DNA from: Antedon mediterranea
Taxonomy: Eukaryota > Animalia > Echinodermata
Length of the DNA: 64,000 nucleotides
NCBI RefSeq assembly: GCF_964355755.1
Contig: NC_092670.1
Coordinates: forward strand, 18,524,795 to 18,588,794
Reading direction: 5' to 3'
Shown here: piece by piece, positions 13,001-23,742 of the stretch
Layout of the letters: each line of letters starts with the position of its first letter
How positions within the stretch are numbered: the first letter of the stretch is position 1
Notes under the pieces: generated by a model
What the model was told of the DNA's origin: nothing
What the model saw: only the letters and a program-made list of their open reading frames with translations
The model's database searches: none
Made by a program: the position numbers and the translations under genes

Positions 13001-16000
13001 GTTTGACAGACAATTAAATTAAATTTGAAAATTACATTTTTTCAGGGAAAAAAGTTTTTTTTTTTATCCAGTTTTTTTTATTAAAGTGAATAACTATTAT
13101 GTGACATATTCAACAACAAAAATTATTTTTGAGGGGGACATTATATTATCTTTAAAAACCTCTATTAGGGAAACACTTTCTGCGAAATGAACTAGATGCA
13201 ACCCCTATTCAAGGGAAACCCCTATTAAGAGGACACTTTGTTGGGTCCTGAATGCGTCTAACTGTATTATGGCATGACTGCAGATTGGTTAAAATTGTAT
13301 TATTAGCAAACAAGATATAGTTACTTAACTTACCAGCACATGGGTACCTTTCAGGGGCGCAGCCAGTGGGGGGGTCACGGGGGTCCTGACCCCCCCTTTT
13401 TTTTAGAAAAAATAAATAAAAACATGAGACAACAATACAGATCAAATCATCCTGGAGATACTGTGGAAGATTACTACCGAGCAGTATTACCAAATCAACT
13501 TCTTGATTACAAACCGAGTTAAAAAACCCGTTTTTCTGCCGATAACAGGCCATGCTTTAAAATATTTGGCGTAGCACCCGAGTCTATCGTGAAGTGTAAT
13601 GTTGAAGAAGTCTTCAAGGAACTTGAATTTGGTACGATGATCTGCCAAGACACGAACATCTTCATTCCGAGCTTCAGTGATGGAAGCGACTGTGTAAAAT
13701 TAGCGGATCCAGATGTGTTCCCGAATGTGTGTGCACTTCTTCTAATCGCGTAGGCCTATGCCCGTAACGTCTGCTTAAGCTGAGCGGAGTTTTTCGACTT
13801 TATGAAGAACGAAAACCTGTTTGGGAAATCACATGTCTTATGAGCAGCTTTCGGGATTGTGCCTCATGAACATACACTTTAACATGAACATTAATACAGA
13901 GAATGTCATTCGCGAATTCTGTCTCCACGCCAAGAAGAATGTTCCAAACTTATGTTTAAAGATGCATCACGCGATGTCAAGAGCGCCGTTATAGTAACTA
14001 ACGTAAAATGTATTATAATAATTTAGAAGTTAGTTATTACAATTATGTATAAGCTATCACCTATACTATACATTCGAACAAAATAGGTATATTTTTAAAC
14101 AAAATATTGTATGTACTGGGTATGATAAGCGTCTCACATACACACGGAGCCAAGATAGCTTCTTGGACTTGCATAGTGTATGAACTCTAACATTACGGTT
14201 CTCATTTAATAATATCACTCCCTCCATGCTATCATTCTAATTTCTTTTTTCAAACTTTTGCATCTCACGTTCATTTCATGCAACTTTTGTATTGGTGAAA
14301 AGGGAGGAATTCAAATAATTCCTCCTGAGTTTACAGCCTCTCTACACAAATCAACAAACAAGCAAGAAAAAAAGTGTTTGTCTGTGGCAGCCTGGAATAT
14401 AAAAATGTTCTGTAATGAAAATGAGAGTTGTTTTTTGTTTTCTTTGTTTCAGTTTATTAGTGTTAACATTGTCATATTTGTGTGTGCGTAAACCGATTCA
14501 AATGATCTAGATTGCCCTAGACCGCCAAAGCTTCCAGGGGGCTTCGCCCCCTGGACCCCAACCGGGGGCCCTTGGCGGCCCCCTGGCCCCCAGCCCATGG
14601 TTGCTCGCTTCGCTCGCAAAATACTCACATATTGGTTGACCCCCCCCTTTAATTCTTTGCTGGCTGCGCCCCTGCCTTTAGCGATTGTAAACCTGTACAT
14701 TCATGTGACTATGTATGATCAATTTATATTTTATTTTCAGCTATCGTTATATGATCAATACAAGCAAATGCTATTACAAACAAAGTATTTTGAAGATAAC
14801 ATGATTACACATTTCACTGCCAGTCTCTCTGCTGTAAGTTGACTTGCTCCAATATTCTTATTTGTAGTTAAATACCATATATTATTATTATTACTGCATT
14901 ATTGTATTGTTTGAAGGTTTGCATGGCGAAATCAAATGTTGATAAAAAGTTTGCGGTACACCACGTGCATTAGTTCTAAAAAGAACTGTTGAGTTTCTTG
15001 ACGTTTCGATCAATATGCTTTGATCGTATCGTCCTCAGGAGTGAGAACTCGGAACTAATTTTCGTGGTGTACCGCAAACTTTATATCAATATTTAAGATT
15101 GATAATGGAACCGCGTATGTAATTGTGAAAAGAACTGTTGAGTTTCTCGACGTTTCGATCAATATGCTTTGATCGTCCTCAGGAGTGATTATTATTAGTT
15201 CTATATACAAGGGAAATCTGAAGAGTATGTATTTATGTACACTTCTACTATTTTGACAATGACTAATTTTTTAATTTAAACTGATCATCATCTTCGGTGT
15301 ATACACAGTATTTGTATGGATGTGTACTTAACTGTTTGTTTTTACTTAGGCAACATGTGCAACGGCCATCACTCAACCATTTGATGTGTTAAAAACTCGT
15401 ATGATGAACTCACCTAAAGGCAAATACAAGGTGTGTTAATGTTTAAATATATTTTAAAGATTTTCTAGGCACAGATGTGAATTTGTATAGGTAGTGCTCA
15501 TTTGGCCCTAGCCTACCAGGCAGAATGAAGTAGTGTCAGCAGACTAATATTAAAATGAGTATTGTTATTATTGAGCTTATGGTTTGCATACATTGGTGTC
15601 CTACCTAGGACCTATGCATACTGTGTCGTTAATCATTGCCTGCACCTACAATCCACCACAACTGTGTCTAATAATTAAGCTCCCTAATAAAAAATTTAGA
15701 TGGATGTTTGACAAGGAAAATTTAGATATATAGTATTATATAGCAGAATAGAAATGTCTTTGGCTTTAGGATTAAGTAATACAGTAAATCATCGTCCTAT
15801 GGGACTTTGGAACCTCAATCAGGCTACTCTTCCATTGACCAAACTTCTTCCCCTTTAGTCAACAATTTATGTGATTTTTTTTTTACAGAATTTGTTTCAT
15901 TGTGGGTTTAACGTGGCAAAACTGGGACCATTAGCATTTTACAAAGGATTTGTGCCAGCGTGGATAAGGCTGGGACCGCAAACAATTTTCACGTTTATAT

Positions 16001-16044
16001 TTTTTGAACAACTCCGAAAACGTTTTGGAATTAAAATTGTATGA
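10063..16044 (+). CDS. SLC25A10: Mitochondrial dicarboxylate carrier (300 aa)
   Basis: Exons 10063-10191, 10397-10516, 11070-11187, 11871-11961, 12224-12267, 12605-12675, 14741-14833, 15350-15430, 15889-16044 (903 nt). Motifs RWYFGG..CLTHPLDLIKVHLQTQ, LYNGLSASIGRQLTYSLTRFGIYD, GTPPDMINVRMQND, TQPFDVLKTRMMN, AFYKGFVPAWIRLGPQT are DIC-specific carrier repeats. Confidence 0.95.
12891..13151. mobile_element. Kolobok-like MITE family (also 29273-29556, 38763-39111, partial near 34925)
   Basis: TTAA flanks with termini AGATGTATTGTCCCC...GGGGACAATGCCTCT (best preserved at 38763-39111); copies share the internal motif AATAACTATTATGTGA / TATGCCATTTT. Confidence 0.7.
13352..14674 (+). mobile_element. 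Deleted hAT transposon with decayed transposase C-terminus and 5-bp TSD (hAT5-like)
   Basis: Perfect 15-bp TIR CAGGGGCGCAGCCAG / CTGGCTGCGCCCCTG with CCTTT on both sides. 13710-13880 translates, with stops and a frameshift, to FPNVCALLLIA..MPVTSA*AERSFSTL*RTKTCL..MSYEQLSGLCLMNIH, the hAT dimerisation domain. Confidence 0.85.
14940..15188 (-). mobile_element. Penelope-like pLTR fragment with two tandem minimal hammerhead motifs
   Basis: Direct repeats at 14978-15044 and 15128-15188, plus an inverted repeat 14940-14965 / 15064-15090. Minus strand of copy 2 reads CTC-CTGAGGA-C-GATCAA-AGCATA-TTGATC-GAAAC-GTC-GAG. Confidence 0.7.
15146..15185 (-). ncRNA. Minimal type I hammerhead ribozyme motif (Penelope type)
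   Basis: CUGAGGA core, 6-bp stem II, GAAA, palindromic ACGU in place of stem III, GUC cleavage triplet, 3-bp stem I CUC/GAG; one extra C before stem II. Confidence 0.6.
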
Positions 16045-17159
16045 TCTAATCACTTAAAAGTGGATGATTGAAGAGAAGGGAAGCAAGTCGATAATTTGAC
16101 AGCACAAACAAAATAACTAAGTTGGTGTAGCGGAGAAAAAAAATTGGTTTCAATCGTTGTACGGTAATAAATGGAGGGAGTCGTTTAGAAAAACCCGCAC
16201 AACAAGGTACTGTCAGGTGTGATAAACAAATGTTTAATAGCAAGTACATTATATTTACATAGCAACAGTCCTGCATAGCAAGTATAAAACGTGTGCATAT
16301 TATATTCTCAATGCTTAACTGAGAATATAATTTTCCCGAAATATTTTTATATTTATTTAAAAGGATTTAGAATCAGTTATGAAATAGTAATGGTATGAAT
16401 AGATTGTGTTGTCTAGACAGGAATGTATTCACAGGTAGAATGTGTCTGTAAATTGTGCATTTTTTACCATGTTAAACTTTTTATTTCTCTAGCCCTAACA
16501 ATTTGCATAGCATTACTTGTACAGTTGTTTACAGCCCAAGAAATGCGTTGAGATCAGTGATACGATTAGAAAGTTATTGTTAAACAAAGATAACCAGTCT
16601 AGAATCAGGATTGTTTCTTTTCCAAAAATCAGTGTCGAAAGTAAAGGAAAAAACCTTTCACATTATTCTTAAATAATTATAATAGGAGAATTTTGAATAT
16701 TTTAATATTAGAAGTTGAGTTATTAATTTGTTTTCACAAACAGAAAAATTGTGCTCCGAGCACATTTATATTTTATTGTAAATAATTTTACGATATAAGT
16801 TTCAGCCAATATATGAATTTTAATAAGACCCTATGGGTCTTTGTAATAATACTGCATTAAAATTGTAGTACCAGTAGTTCATTTTGTGAATGGAATATTA
16901 AATGCCATGTTTTATCAAGTCAACACTGTGTAGGTGGTACTGTATCAACCATTTATACATATTACTGTACACTATAGTCCTTTCCTAGCAAAACTACACA
17001 CAGCCGAATTTTAAACACCAGAGGCGGATTGCTTTAAAACAGTCTTCCCGATTAAAGACGGCTTTATGAGATAGATGGTCTTACTACCACCTCTGTTAGA
17101 CCATTGCTATAAACAGTCTTAGCTAAGACCATGTACAGTAACAAGTTGAAAAAAACAAG

Positions 17160-17266
17160 GCCATATACTGTACATACTGCAGTCGTGTGCGCAAATTTGA
17201 GTTCCTGTTTACCGATCAACCGACCGACATAGTGACCTATAGTCGCATTTGCACGCGACTGAAAAA
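17160..17266 (-). mobile_element. Short HINE-like fragment
   Basis: Minus strand TTTTCAGTCGCGTGCAAATGCGACTATAG..GTCGGTCGGTT: 5' hairpin plus GTCG microsatellite, typical of DINE/HINE ends. Confidence 0.4.
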
Positions 17267-18231
17267 GAAAGGGTGTATTTTATGCGTAGAATACCAAATA
17301 AGGCAATGCTTTCTCAATTCACAATCGTTAATAGTATACCTTGCATACATTTCTATGCAAGAAAATATATTCTAGGCCTATAATAAGAATAAGATAATCA
17401 ATAATAAGTGCTTAGACGACTTATGGCAATCCGCGTCAGGGTTTAACAGCTGAATGGACTTTAGGGACAAATACTCAGTCAAATATGTAACAGAAAAACT
17501 GATTTTGCAGGTATTATGAGAATGGGTTCTCCATATTTAATTGATACAGTACTAGCATTATGCACACTGTTTAATCATGGCATTTAATGTGAAAGGGATA
17601 CGTGAAAGACATGGTTGAAGAACACCAAGGGAATGTTATTAACATTGTGAAATGTATTATTGTTACAGTATTATACTTGCTCAGGTTACAGAATTGTTTG
17701 CATTTATGATTTGTTTGAATGACTTGTTTGTGCACAACCGCACACATTCACTGGATGGGTACTATTGTAGACGTCAGTCACAAATTGCAACTCAGTGTGG
17801 TACAGTAGTTTCCGCCATTTAGAAATGCATGGTTTCTATGTAAAGTAAGCAATCCATTGAGCCTGTAGCCAGAATTTATATAGAGGAATTCTTTTTTCCA
17901 TAAAAGACAAGTTAAGCAAAAAAAAAAAGAGGTTTGTTCAAAGTTAGATGGATGGAAGAATGTGGAACGTTATAAAATACAGTGTAGTCAATGTTGTTCT
18001 CTTAATGTAGACAGACATTCCAAATATTCAGAATAAAGTTTTGATTACGGTGTTGGGAGTGCAAAATACATAACTGCCAAATAATAGTAAACAAAAAACA
18101 CATTTATTATTTTGTTTATTCAAAAATTAAATGAAATAAATATTTACATAGCTATACTGTATACTACTGTATTTAGAAATATTTAAATTTGCATGTGTAT
18201 TGCTTCAGCAATTTACTCTGGACAAATATCC

Positions 18232-21200
18232 TTATTGCATCTCCTGCTTGCCACCCCATGGGTACACCAAGTAGCCAGTCAGCAAGTCTTTTCCAACTGA
18301 ATGCCACAAGGCCTTGTACTTAGTCTGTTTATCATCCAGTAGATCTGCAGCCATCACCTTCCGTAACGACATTGGTTTCATCTGCGGACAGAGTAAATTT
18401 CAAGTTCAATTGTTTCCCACAATACAATATACTGAAACATTTGATAAATTAGTAAATATAATTGTGTGAGGACGCATTAAGCCAAGGTTTTAAGTTAAAC
18501 AAATTGCCTCATATTTGCAGGATTGTCATCACTGGAACCAAAGGCTCCAAGCTAGGAATGTAATGTGAATCCAAATAATCATCGGCAATGCAGACATTAA
18601 AAACACATCAATAGACAAAGCATTTTGGCATTAGACAACCTGCAATCACATATGGACATCTACTCACTTTTAAAAGCAGCCAGCCACATTTGTTATTTTG
18701 CAACATTGAATGAAAAGTAATGCCATCAACCATGAAGCCTCCAGTCCACAAAATTAAGGAATACAGTGGAAATGTGTTTATAGATACGATTAAACTGGCA
18801 ACCAACGATTGTGGAATTAATACTGCAAGTCGAAGCTGGTGGTTAAAAATAAAAAATTATTTTAAAAATTTTCTCAATGAGAAATCAAACCTGTAATGTA
18901 TAACAAACATTTTATAGCCAATTTTTCATACAATATACATAAACTATTATATTTAAATGATTAAAGTCATTTACCGATGTAAACACAGCATAAAAGAATG
19001 CAGTCGTTGGAAGAAGAAAAAGCAGTATCGTGAAGAGCAATGTTCCGATGAATAACTGATCCACACGGAAGTCGCTGGAATCAACACGCTGACGAAGAAC
19101 ATTCCACTTTTTACCACGGAATAAACGCCAAAACGACATCAGCCCATGCACTTGTAAGCAGTAAATCCTGTAAGATAAATGTGATAAATAAAAACCTAAA
19201 GATCACATTAAGCCAAATTTAAATGGATTAAATGATTTTAAATTGTTCTTAGATCAGCAATTAAAACAAATTATAAAATCATTATAGGCTTTGCTATTCA
19301 ATGAGTTTTCTCATCATTTCCAAGAACATTGTGTCCAATCACAATTTGTATTCCATTTTGTTATCCAATCAAATCAGACTGCTTTAAATGTATTTGGTTA
19401 AATCTCAAGAACCATAGTTGACAGACCACTTTGAAATAGTTCCCTATCATTTGATGGCTGCGATTTATCAATCATCTGCTTATTTTTACATTAATATTTG
19501 TTTTTTTTTAAACATTAGAACGTTTTTAAATCCGAGCCCCAGCATATGGCAAGTATTGTATTACTGTCATGTCCACGTACCTTGCTGCGTATACATAGAA
19601 ACAGTATACATGGAATGTTAGAATAGATAGGACATCCGAGGCCAATGCAATGACTACACTAACACCTAGGCACCCACAGAGGCTGGCGAACTTGATGGCG
19701 ACTGCTAGAAACGGAGCAATGGTGTTGAGGTAGCCCACCCAGAGGTAGATGTGGTAGAGAAAGAACTGGCCTAGGAATGAAGCCAGCTCTCTGTTGAGCT
19801 TTAGGCCGGCTGGAGCACCCATCAACCAATGCAAGAGCTGTTCTAGAGAGGCTGCAGTTATCTGAAATCAAAAAGTAAGACAGTTACAATACCATTACAC
19901 TCTACAATTTAGCCAATTTAAATTGAAAGGCTTTTGGCCCAATTGTATCTTCCATGATTACACCCTCCCTACACCTATCTGCAATATATTCACTCACATT
20001 GACAAACTGCAAAAACATGGATGCTAGAATGTTGAAGAAATCAACCTGGTGAAAATAAAATACTAGAGCCATACCTAGTACAAGGTCAACCACCAGAAGC
20101 AGCAGCAAATTCATTTCCCTAAAATACATTAAAAAAAAATTACTAAATTAATGTGATAATTATTAGATAAATATTAGCAAGATCTGGATTTTTTTGCAAG
20201 AATTATCAGATCGGCGAGTGAAGGTAGTTTATCTTCAACCTTGATGTCAGAGCACATGATCATCATCAAACCATCTTGCAATTTAATACAAACCCGAGAA
20301 ATATTGGTTGGACCACATACCTGTTAAAATGGCGATTTGTTTTATAAAGCATTGAACATTCTTTAATTTGATTGTACTTTTCCTTTAGCTGGCACCCAGT
20401 TGCTGGCCAACAAAGTATTTTATCAAAAATAAAATTATGGAATATTCTGCGGGGAAAAATGATATCAATGCATAAATTACTGCAGGTCTTTTATGTTATT
20501 TACAGGAATTATCTTTTTCTATTCTATGGAGGTAAATTAAATGTGGTTTAAAAAAACTTGAGTTCAGACCGGCGAGTGAAGGTAGACTATCGTCACAATA
20601 ACTTCAGAACACATGATCATCATAACAAGTTTGGTAGATATTTGGATAAATAGGAGTAAGAAACGATTATATTTACTTATGTGAGAATATATTCAGGATC
20701 CAGGCAAGCAGGTTTAGAGAACATCTAGCTATTAATAGCCAAACAGAATAGCACAAATCTCGAAAGGAGGTATTTAATTTCTTTATTTGTATTTGTTCTA
20801 AATCACAACATTCATTCAATGAGTTCCAATCGTGCAGGCAAGCCATCACATGATTCACCAATTTGCCGTTTTTTAAGCAGCTATCCCGAATAGAATAATG
20901 CGCACTTTTTGTTTGGTATTCAACTGATGGGTCATATGCAATAAACATTGTATTGTCCTCTATCGAAACATGCCTGCCCTTCGTTTGGCGAATAACAACA
21001 CATTCATGCGGTGAGCCTCGCCAATCAGATTGCATTAGTAAACATATCTCCATCTCCAAACACAAATCATCAAAATGTTTACTCTTCAAAATCTGTTCAT
21101 TCTCATTTACTAAAATCCCAACAACTTGAAAGCTCTTCTCACCTATGACCGTACTTTTATCCTCAATTCTTCGGATACGTGCATTCAAATCTTTGATAAA

Positions 21201-21350
21201 CCCCAACATTTGTTCCTCTGGAAACTCCTGTTGTACAACGGATGCGACAGTTACAGACGATTGTTTCTTGTTGACTACTCCAATCAGTACTCCAGAGGGC
21301 AGGCTCCATGAGCTTTTTGGGTAAAACACCTTCCAAAGCGTTTGCTCCAT
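18232..21350 (-). CDS. PIGQ: Phosphatidylinositol N-acetylglucosaminyltransferase subunit Q (GPI1), 570 aa
   Basis: Exons 20677-21350, 20321-20446, 19998-20118, 19581-19861, 18975-19167, 18668-18835, 18232-18381 (1713 nt, in phase). [59 protein letters not shown] and terminal GYLVYPW match PIGQ/Gpi1. Confidence 0.95.
18503..18589 (-). ncRNA. Candidate box C/D snoRNA, 5.8S rRNA guide in the Gm75 (SNORD96) register
   Basis: Terminal stem ATTGCC/GGCAAT; C-like ATGATTA with compensatory D-like ATGA; internal GTGATGA. D guide TCCTGCAA and second element ATTCACATTA are complementary to the adjoining conserved 5.8S stretch UAAUGUGAAUUGCAGGA. Confidence 0.6.
19244..19328 (-). ncRNA. Candidate box C/D snoRNA, 28S guide
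   Basis: Stem TGTTCTTGGA/TCTAAGAACA, C box ATGATGA, D box CTGA. Guide TTTGTTTTAATTG is complementary to conserved 28S (U)AAUUAAAACAAA. Confidence 0.75.
20206..20266 (-). ncRNA. Box C/D snoRNA family copy a
   Basis: ATGATGA..CTGA(D')..TTGAAGA(C')..ACTACCTTCACTCGCCGAT-CTGA; flanking stem TGCAAGA/TCTTGCA; in PIGQ coding intron 2. Confidence 0.85.
20564..20623 (-). ncRNA. Box C/D snoRNA family copy b
   Basis: ATGATGA, D' CTGA, C' GTGACGA, guide CCTTCACTCGCCG, D CTGA; stem AAACTTG/CAAGTTT; in PIGQ coding intron 1. Confidence 0.85.
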
Positions 21351-21429
21351 CTTTACTAAAACAAAGAGAATATTAATTAATACCAAATTTAAACTGCAAC
21401 AAAAATTAATACAGTATAATATAAGTTTA

Positions 21430-21491
21430 TCAGACCGGCGAGTGAAGGTATAATTATCATCAAACATTATGTAAGAACACATAGTCATCAT
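21430..21491 (-). ncRNA. Box C/D snoRNA family copy c
   Basis: ATGATGA..TTGATGA..TACCTTCACTCGCCGGT-CTGA in the intron preceding the PIGQ ATG exon. Confidence 0.85.
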
Positions 21492-21663
21492 CTAAATATC
21501 TTACTAAATCAACAACTATACTAGTCCTTTCTTACCACTATAGACTGTGCACTTCTGTTTCTAGGACATCAGCATTATTCCTGCAAACAGATAAAAAATA
21601 ATGTATTAAAATATGAATCCGTAAAATGCACTCATTGTTTTTTAAGGGATTCAACGACTTGTT

Positions 21664-21723
21664 TCAGATCGGCGAGTGAAGGTAGTTTATCGTCACAATA
21701 ACTTCAGAACGCATAATCATCAT
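21664..21723 (-). ncRNA. Box C/D snoRNA family copy d
   Basis: ATGATGATTATGCGTTCTGAAGTTATTGTGACGATAAACTACCTTCACTCGCCGATCTGA: C, D', C' and D boxes all present. Confidence 0.85.
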
Positions 21724-21885
21724 AAAGTTAGACATACTTTTTTGGTTCTTAATTTTATCTTCATCTTACCATTATTTTCGCGTCAGTAAACTATTTGATT
21801 TCACATCTGGGGAATATAAATGAAATAATAATAAACAGATGCTAAAAATAGATTTTATAAAAATCTTGAATACGATTAAGACATT

Positions 21886-21946
21886 TCAGATCGGCGAGTG
21901 AAGGTACTGTATCTTCATTACAAGTATCTGAACACATGATCATCAT
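21886..21946 (-). ncRNA. Box C/D snoRNA family copy e
   Basis: C box ATGATGA, C' ATGAAGA, identical guide TACCTTCACTCGCCG, D box CTGA; stem GACA/TGTC. Confidence 0.85.
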
Positions 21947-22204
21947 TTCGTGTCAAAATAAAACTCTGCTGCTTCCATTAAAATTCTAGTTTTAGTGTTT
22001 GTCCATAAAACCCCAGCCCCCATATTTACCCAGAATACATTTACATTTCATGCCTTTAGTGGTAGTGCCATACAATATTCTCACCTCAGACCTGGTATAG
22101 AAATCAGTGGTAACTATTTTACAGTTAAACATCTTGGGCCTATATCCTATAAGAAAATCGAAACAAGCTTATTTATTGCATTAACATCTATGTATAGACT
22201 CGCT

Positions 22205-23155
22205 TAGTCTGGGTTCCAGACGGAGTTTTGTCTTAATATTAGTAAAAAGATAAATATTTTGGCACATATGGCGTTTCATACGTATACTACTTGATTTTGG
22301 ATACTCCGTCTGGGGAAACACGCACAAGTCACGTGGTTTGACACCAAGAATTCTTGGTGCATACGATTATCCGGTTGACTAGTTTCAGCTGCATGCGATT
22401 GGCTACTCACTCGTACACCGTTTTAATATTCATATTTCAGAATTTCAAAGACTTAACAACTAAGATGATGCGCATGCGCTATGTTACTTTTAGACAATGT
22501 GTACTTGGGTATTTTCTGAAGGCTAGAAATTATTTTATATGCCTAGTAGTCTGGTAAACATTTGATGGGATTTTTCCCAAGAACATGAAAACTCGTCTTG
22601 ATATGATAGGCTAGCTTCTCCGCAAATCAAACATTGAATGGATCATTTATTACGTGGAGATAATTTTGATTTCCCACCCAGACCCTGTCCTGTTCTGTGT
22701 GGTGTGTAGCCCTGTTGTGTGCCGGTGGTATAGGCCTACTTTATTGGCGTTTTATTTGGCAGGTCATACGTGCGAGTTGAGTAGGACCTACGAAAGAGGC
22801 CTAGCTAGGCCAAGGACTAAACAATTAATAAACCGGGTTAATAAACAAAACAACTTGGCATTACGATTTAGTATATTTCAACAGTCTCGATCGTACATTC
22901 AGCACTGTCCGTACTCGATCTTTTTCATTTTGAAACAAAATGATCATTGGTTGATTCGAAATCCATATTTACATACCGCCCGCCCCATATAGCCAAATAC
23001 GGTATGATAACCTACGTCATTCTTATCGGATGTTTGCGGTCTGCAAATCGATTTCTATACGTGTTTCACAAGTCTGTATTTTCAGACAAAAATCGCGGTC
23101 GAAATAAAAACAAATAAATTTAAAAAAAAGATAATACAGACTTGGGGCAAGTCTA
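22205..23155 (+). mobile_element. Non-autonomous DNA transposon, AcademH-like (copy 1)
   Basis: 9-bp TSD AGACTCGCT; TAG...CTA termini, each with a local hairpin (GTCTGG-GTT-CCAGAC; AGACTTG-GGG-CAAGTCT); near-identical to 39535-40476. Confidence 0.85.
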
Positions 23156-23224
23156 AGACTCGCTCATCAAATTTATGAAAAAACTGCCACCATATCAGTA
23201 ATAATTTTTAATAAAGAGACTTGT

Positions 23225-23284
23225 TCAGATCGGCGAGTGAAGGTAGACTATCGTCACAATAACTTCAGAACACATGATCATCAT
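23225..23284 (-). ncRNA. Box C/D snoRNA family copy f
   Basis: All four boxes and the same guide; stem GACTTGT/ACAAGTC. Confidence 0.85.
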
Positions 23285-23533
23285 TTTTACAAGTCATTGT
23301 CTTTTTGTCATTATATTGTACTGTATAATATTGTTGGTCCAGATCCTTCACTGAGTTAGTGAGAAGTCGAATAAATAAAAATAAATAAATACTGTAAATA
23401 CCTACCTTTTGGTTAATCAAGGATGCTTTTGAAGGCTTCAGTTTAGTTCTATCTGAAAATTAAAAAAAACGTGAACAAGAAAGTTTGAAGTTTGTAATTG
23501 CAATGTTAATTATTATTAATATTAGGACATTGT

Positions 23534-23587
23534 TCAGATCGGCAAATTATTTATATCACAACGAAGTTCAATTAATTTAATCATCAT
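23534..23587 (-). ncRNA. Box C/D snoRNA family copy g (divergent guide)
   Basis: C box ATGATGA, D box CTGA and stem CATTGTT/AACAATG are retained; guide is TAATTTGCCGAT instead of CTTCACTCGCCGAT. Confidence 0.65.
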
Positions 23588-23742
23588 AACAATGCCACAA
23601 TAATTACAGCAAGTACTTTTTGATGCATTTTGAAAAGAAAAAATTTACAGGCACCCCACCCCAATTGCTTTAATTTAACAACAACAGATTGCTAAAAAAA
23701 ATTGTGAATGAAAATAGAGCCACTATAATATGTACTATAATA

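Noticed and set aside
18458-18515. H/ACA reading (TGAGG...CCTCA-C-ACA-ATT) of the PIGQ last-intron RNA
   Set aside because: The order of the two 5.8S-complementary elements is opposite to pseudouridylation-pocket geometry, and the H box overlaps the stem; the C/D model fits better.
20250-20262. D' guide TCATGTG(C/T)T as a 5.8S (GACACAU) guide
   Set aside because: Only 6-8 nt and variable among copies; too weak to call without the species' rRNA.
20673-21491. ORF-track N-terminal extension of PIGQ (MMTMCSY...)
   Set aside because: It runs through an intron and snoRNA copy c; the plausible start is the ATG at 21350 after an acceptor.
20206-23587. Dispersed ~60-bp repeat read as a CRISPR array or SINE
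   Set aside because: Irregular spacing, one copy per intron, and conservation limited to C/D boxes and guide fit snoRNAs instead.
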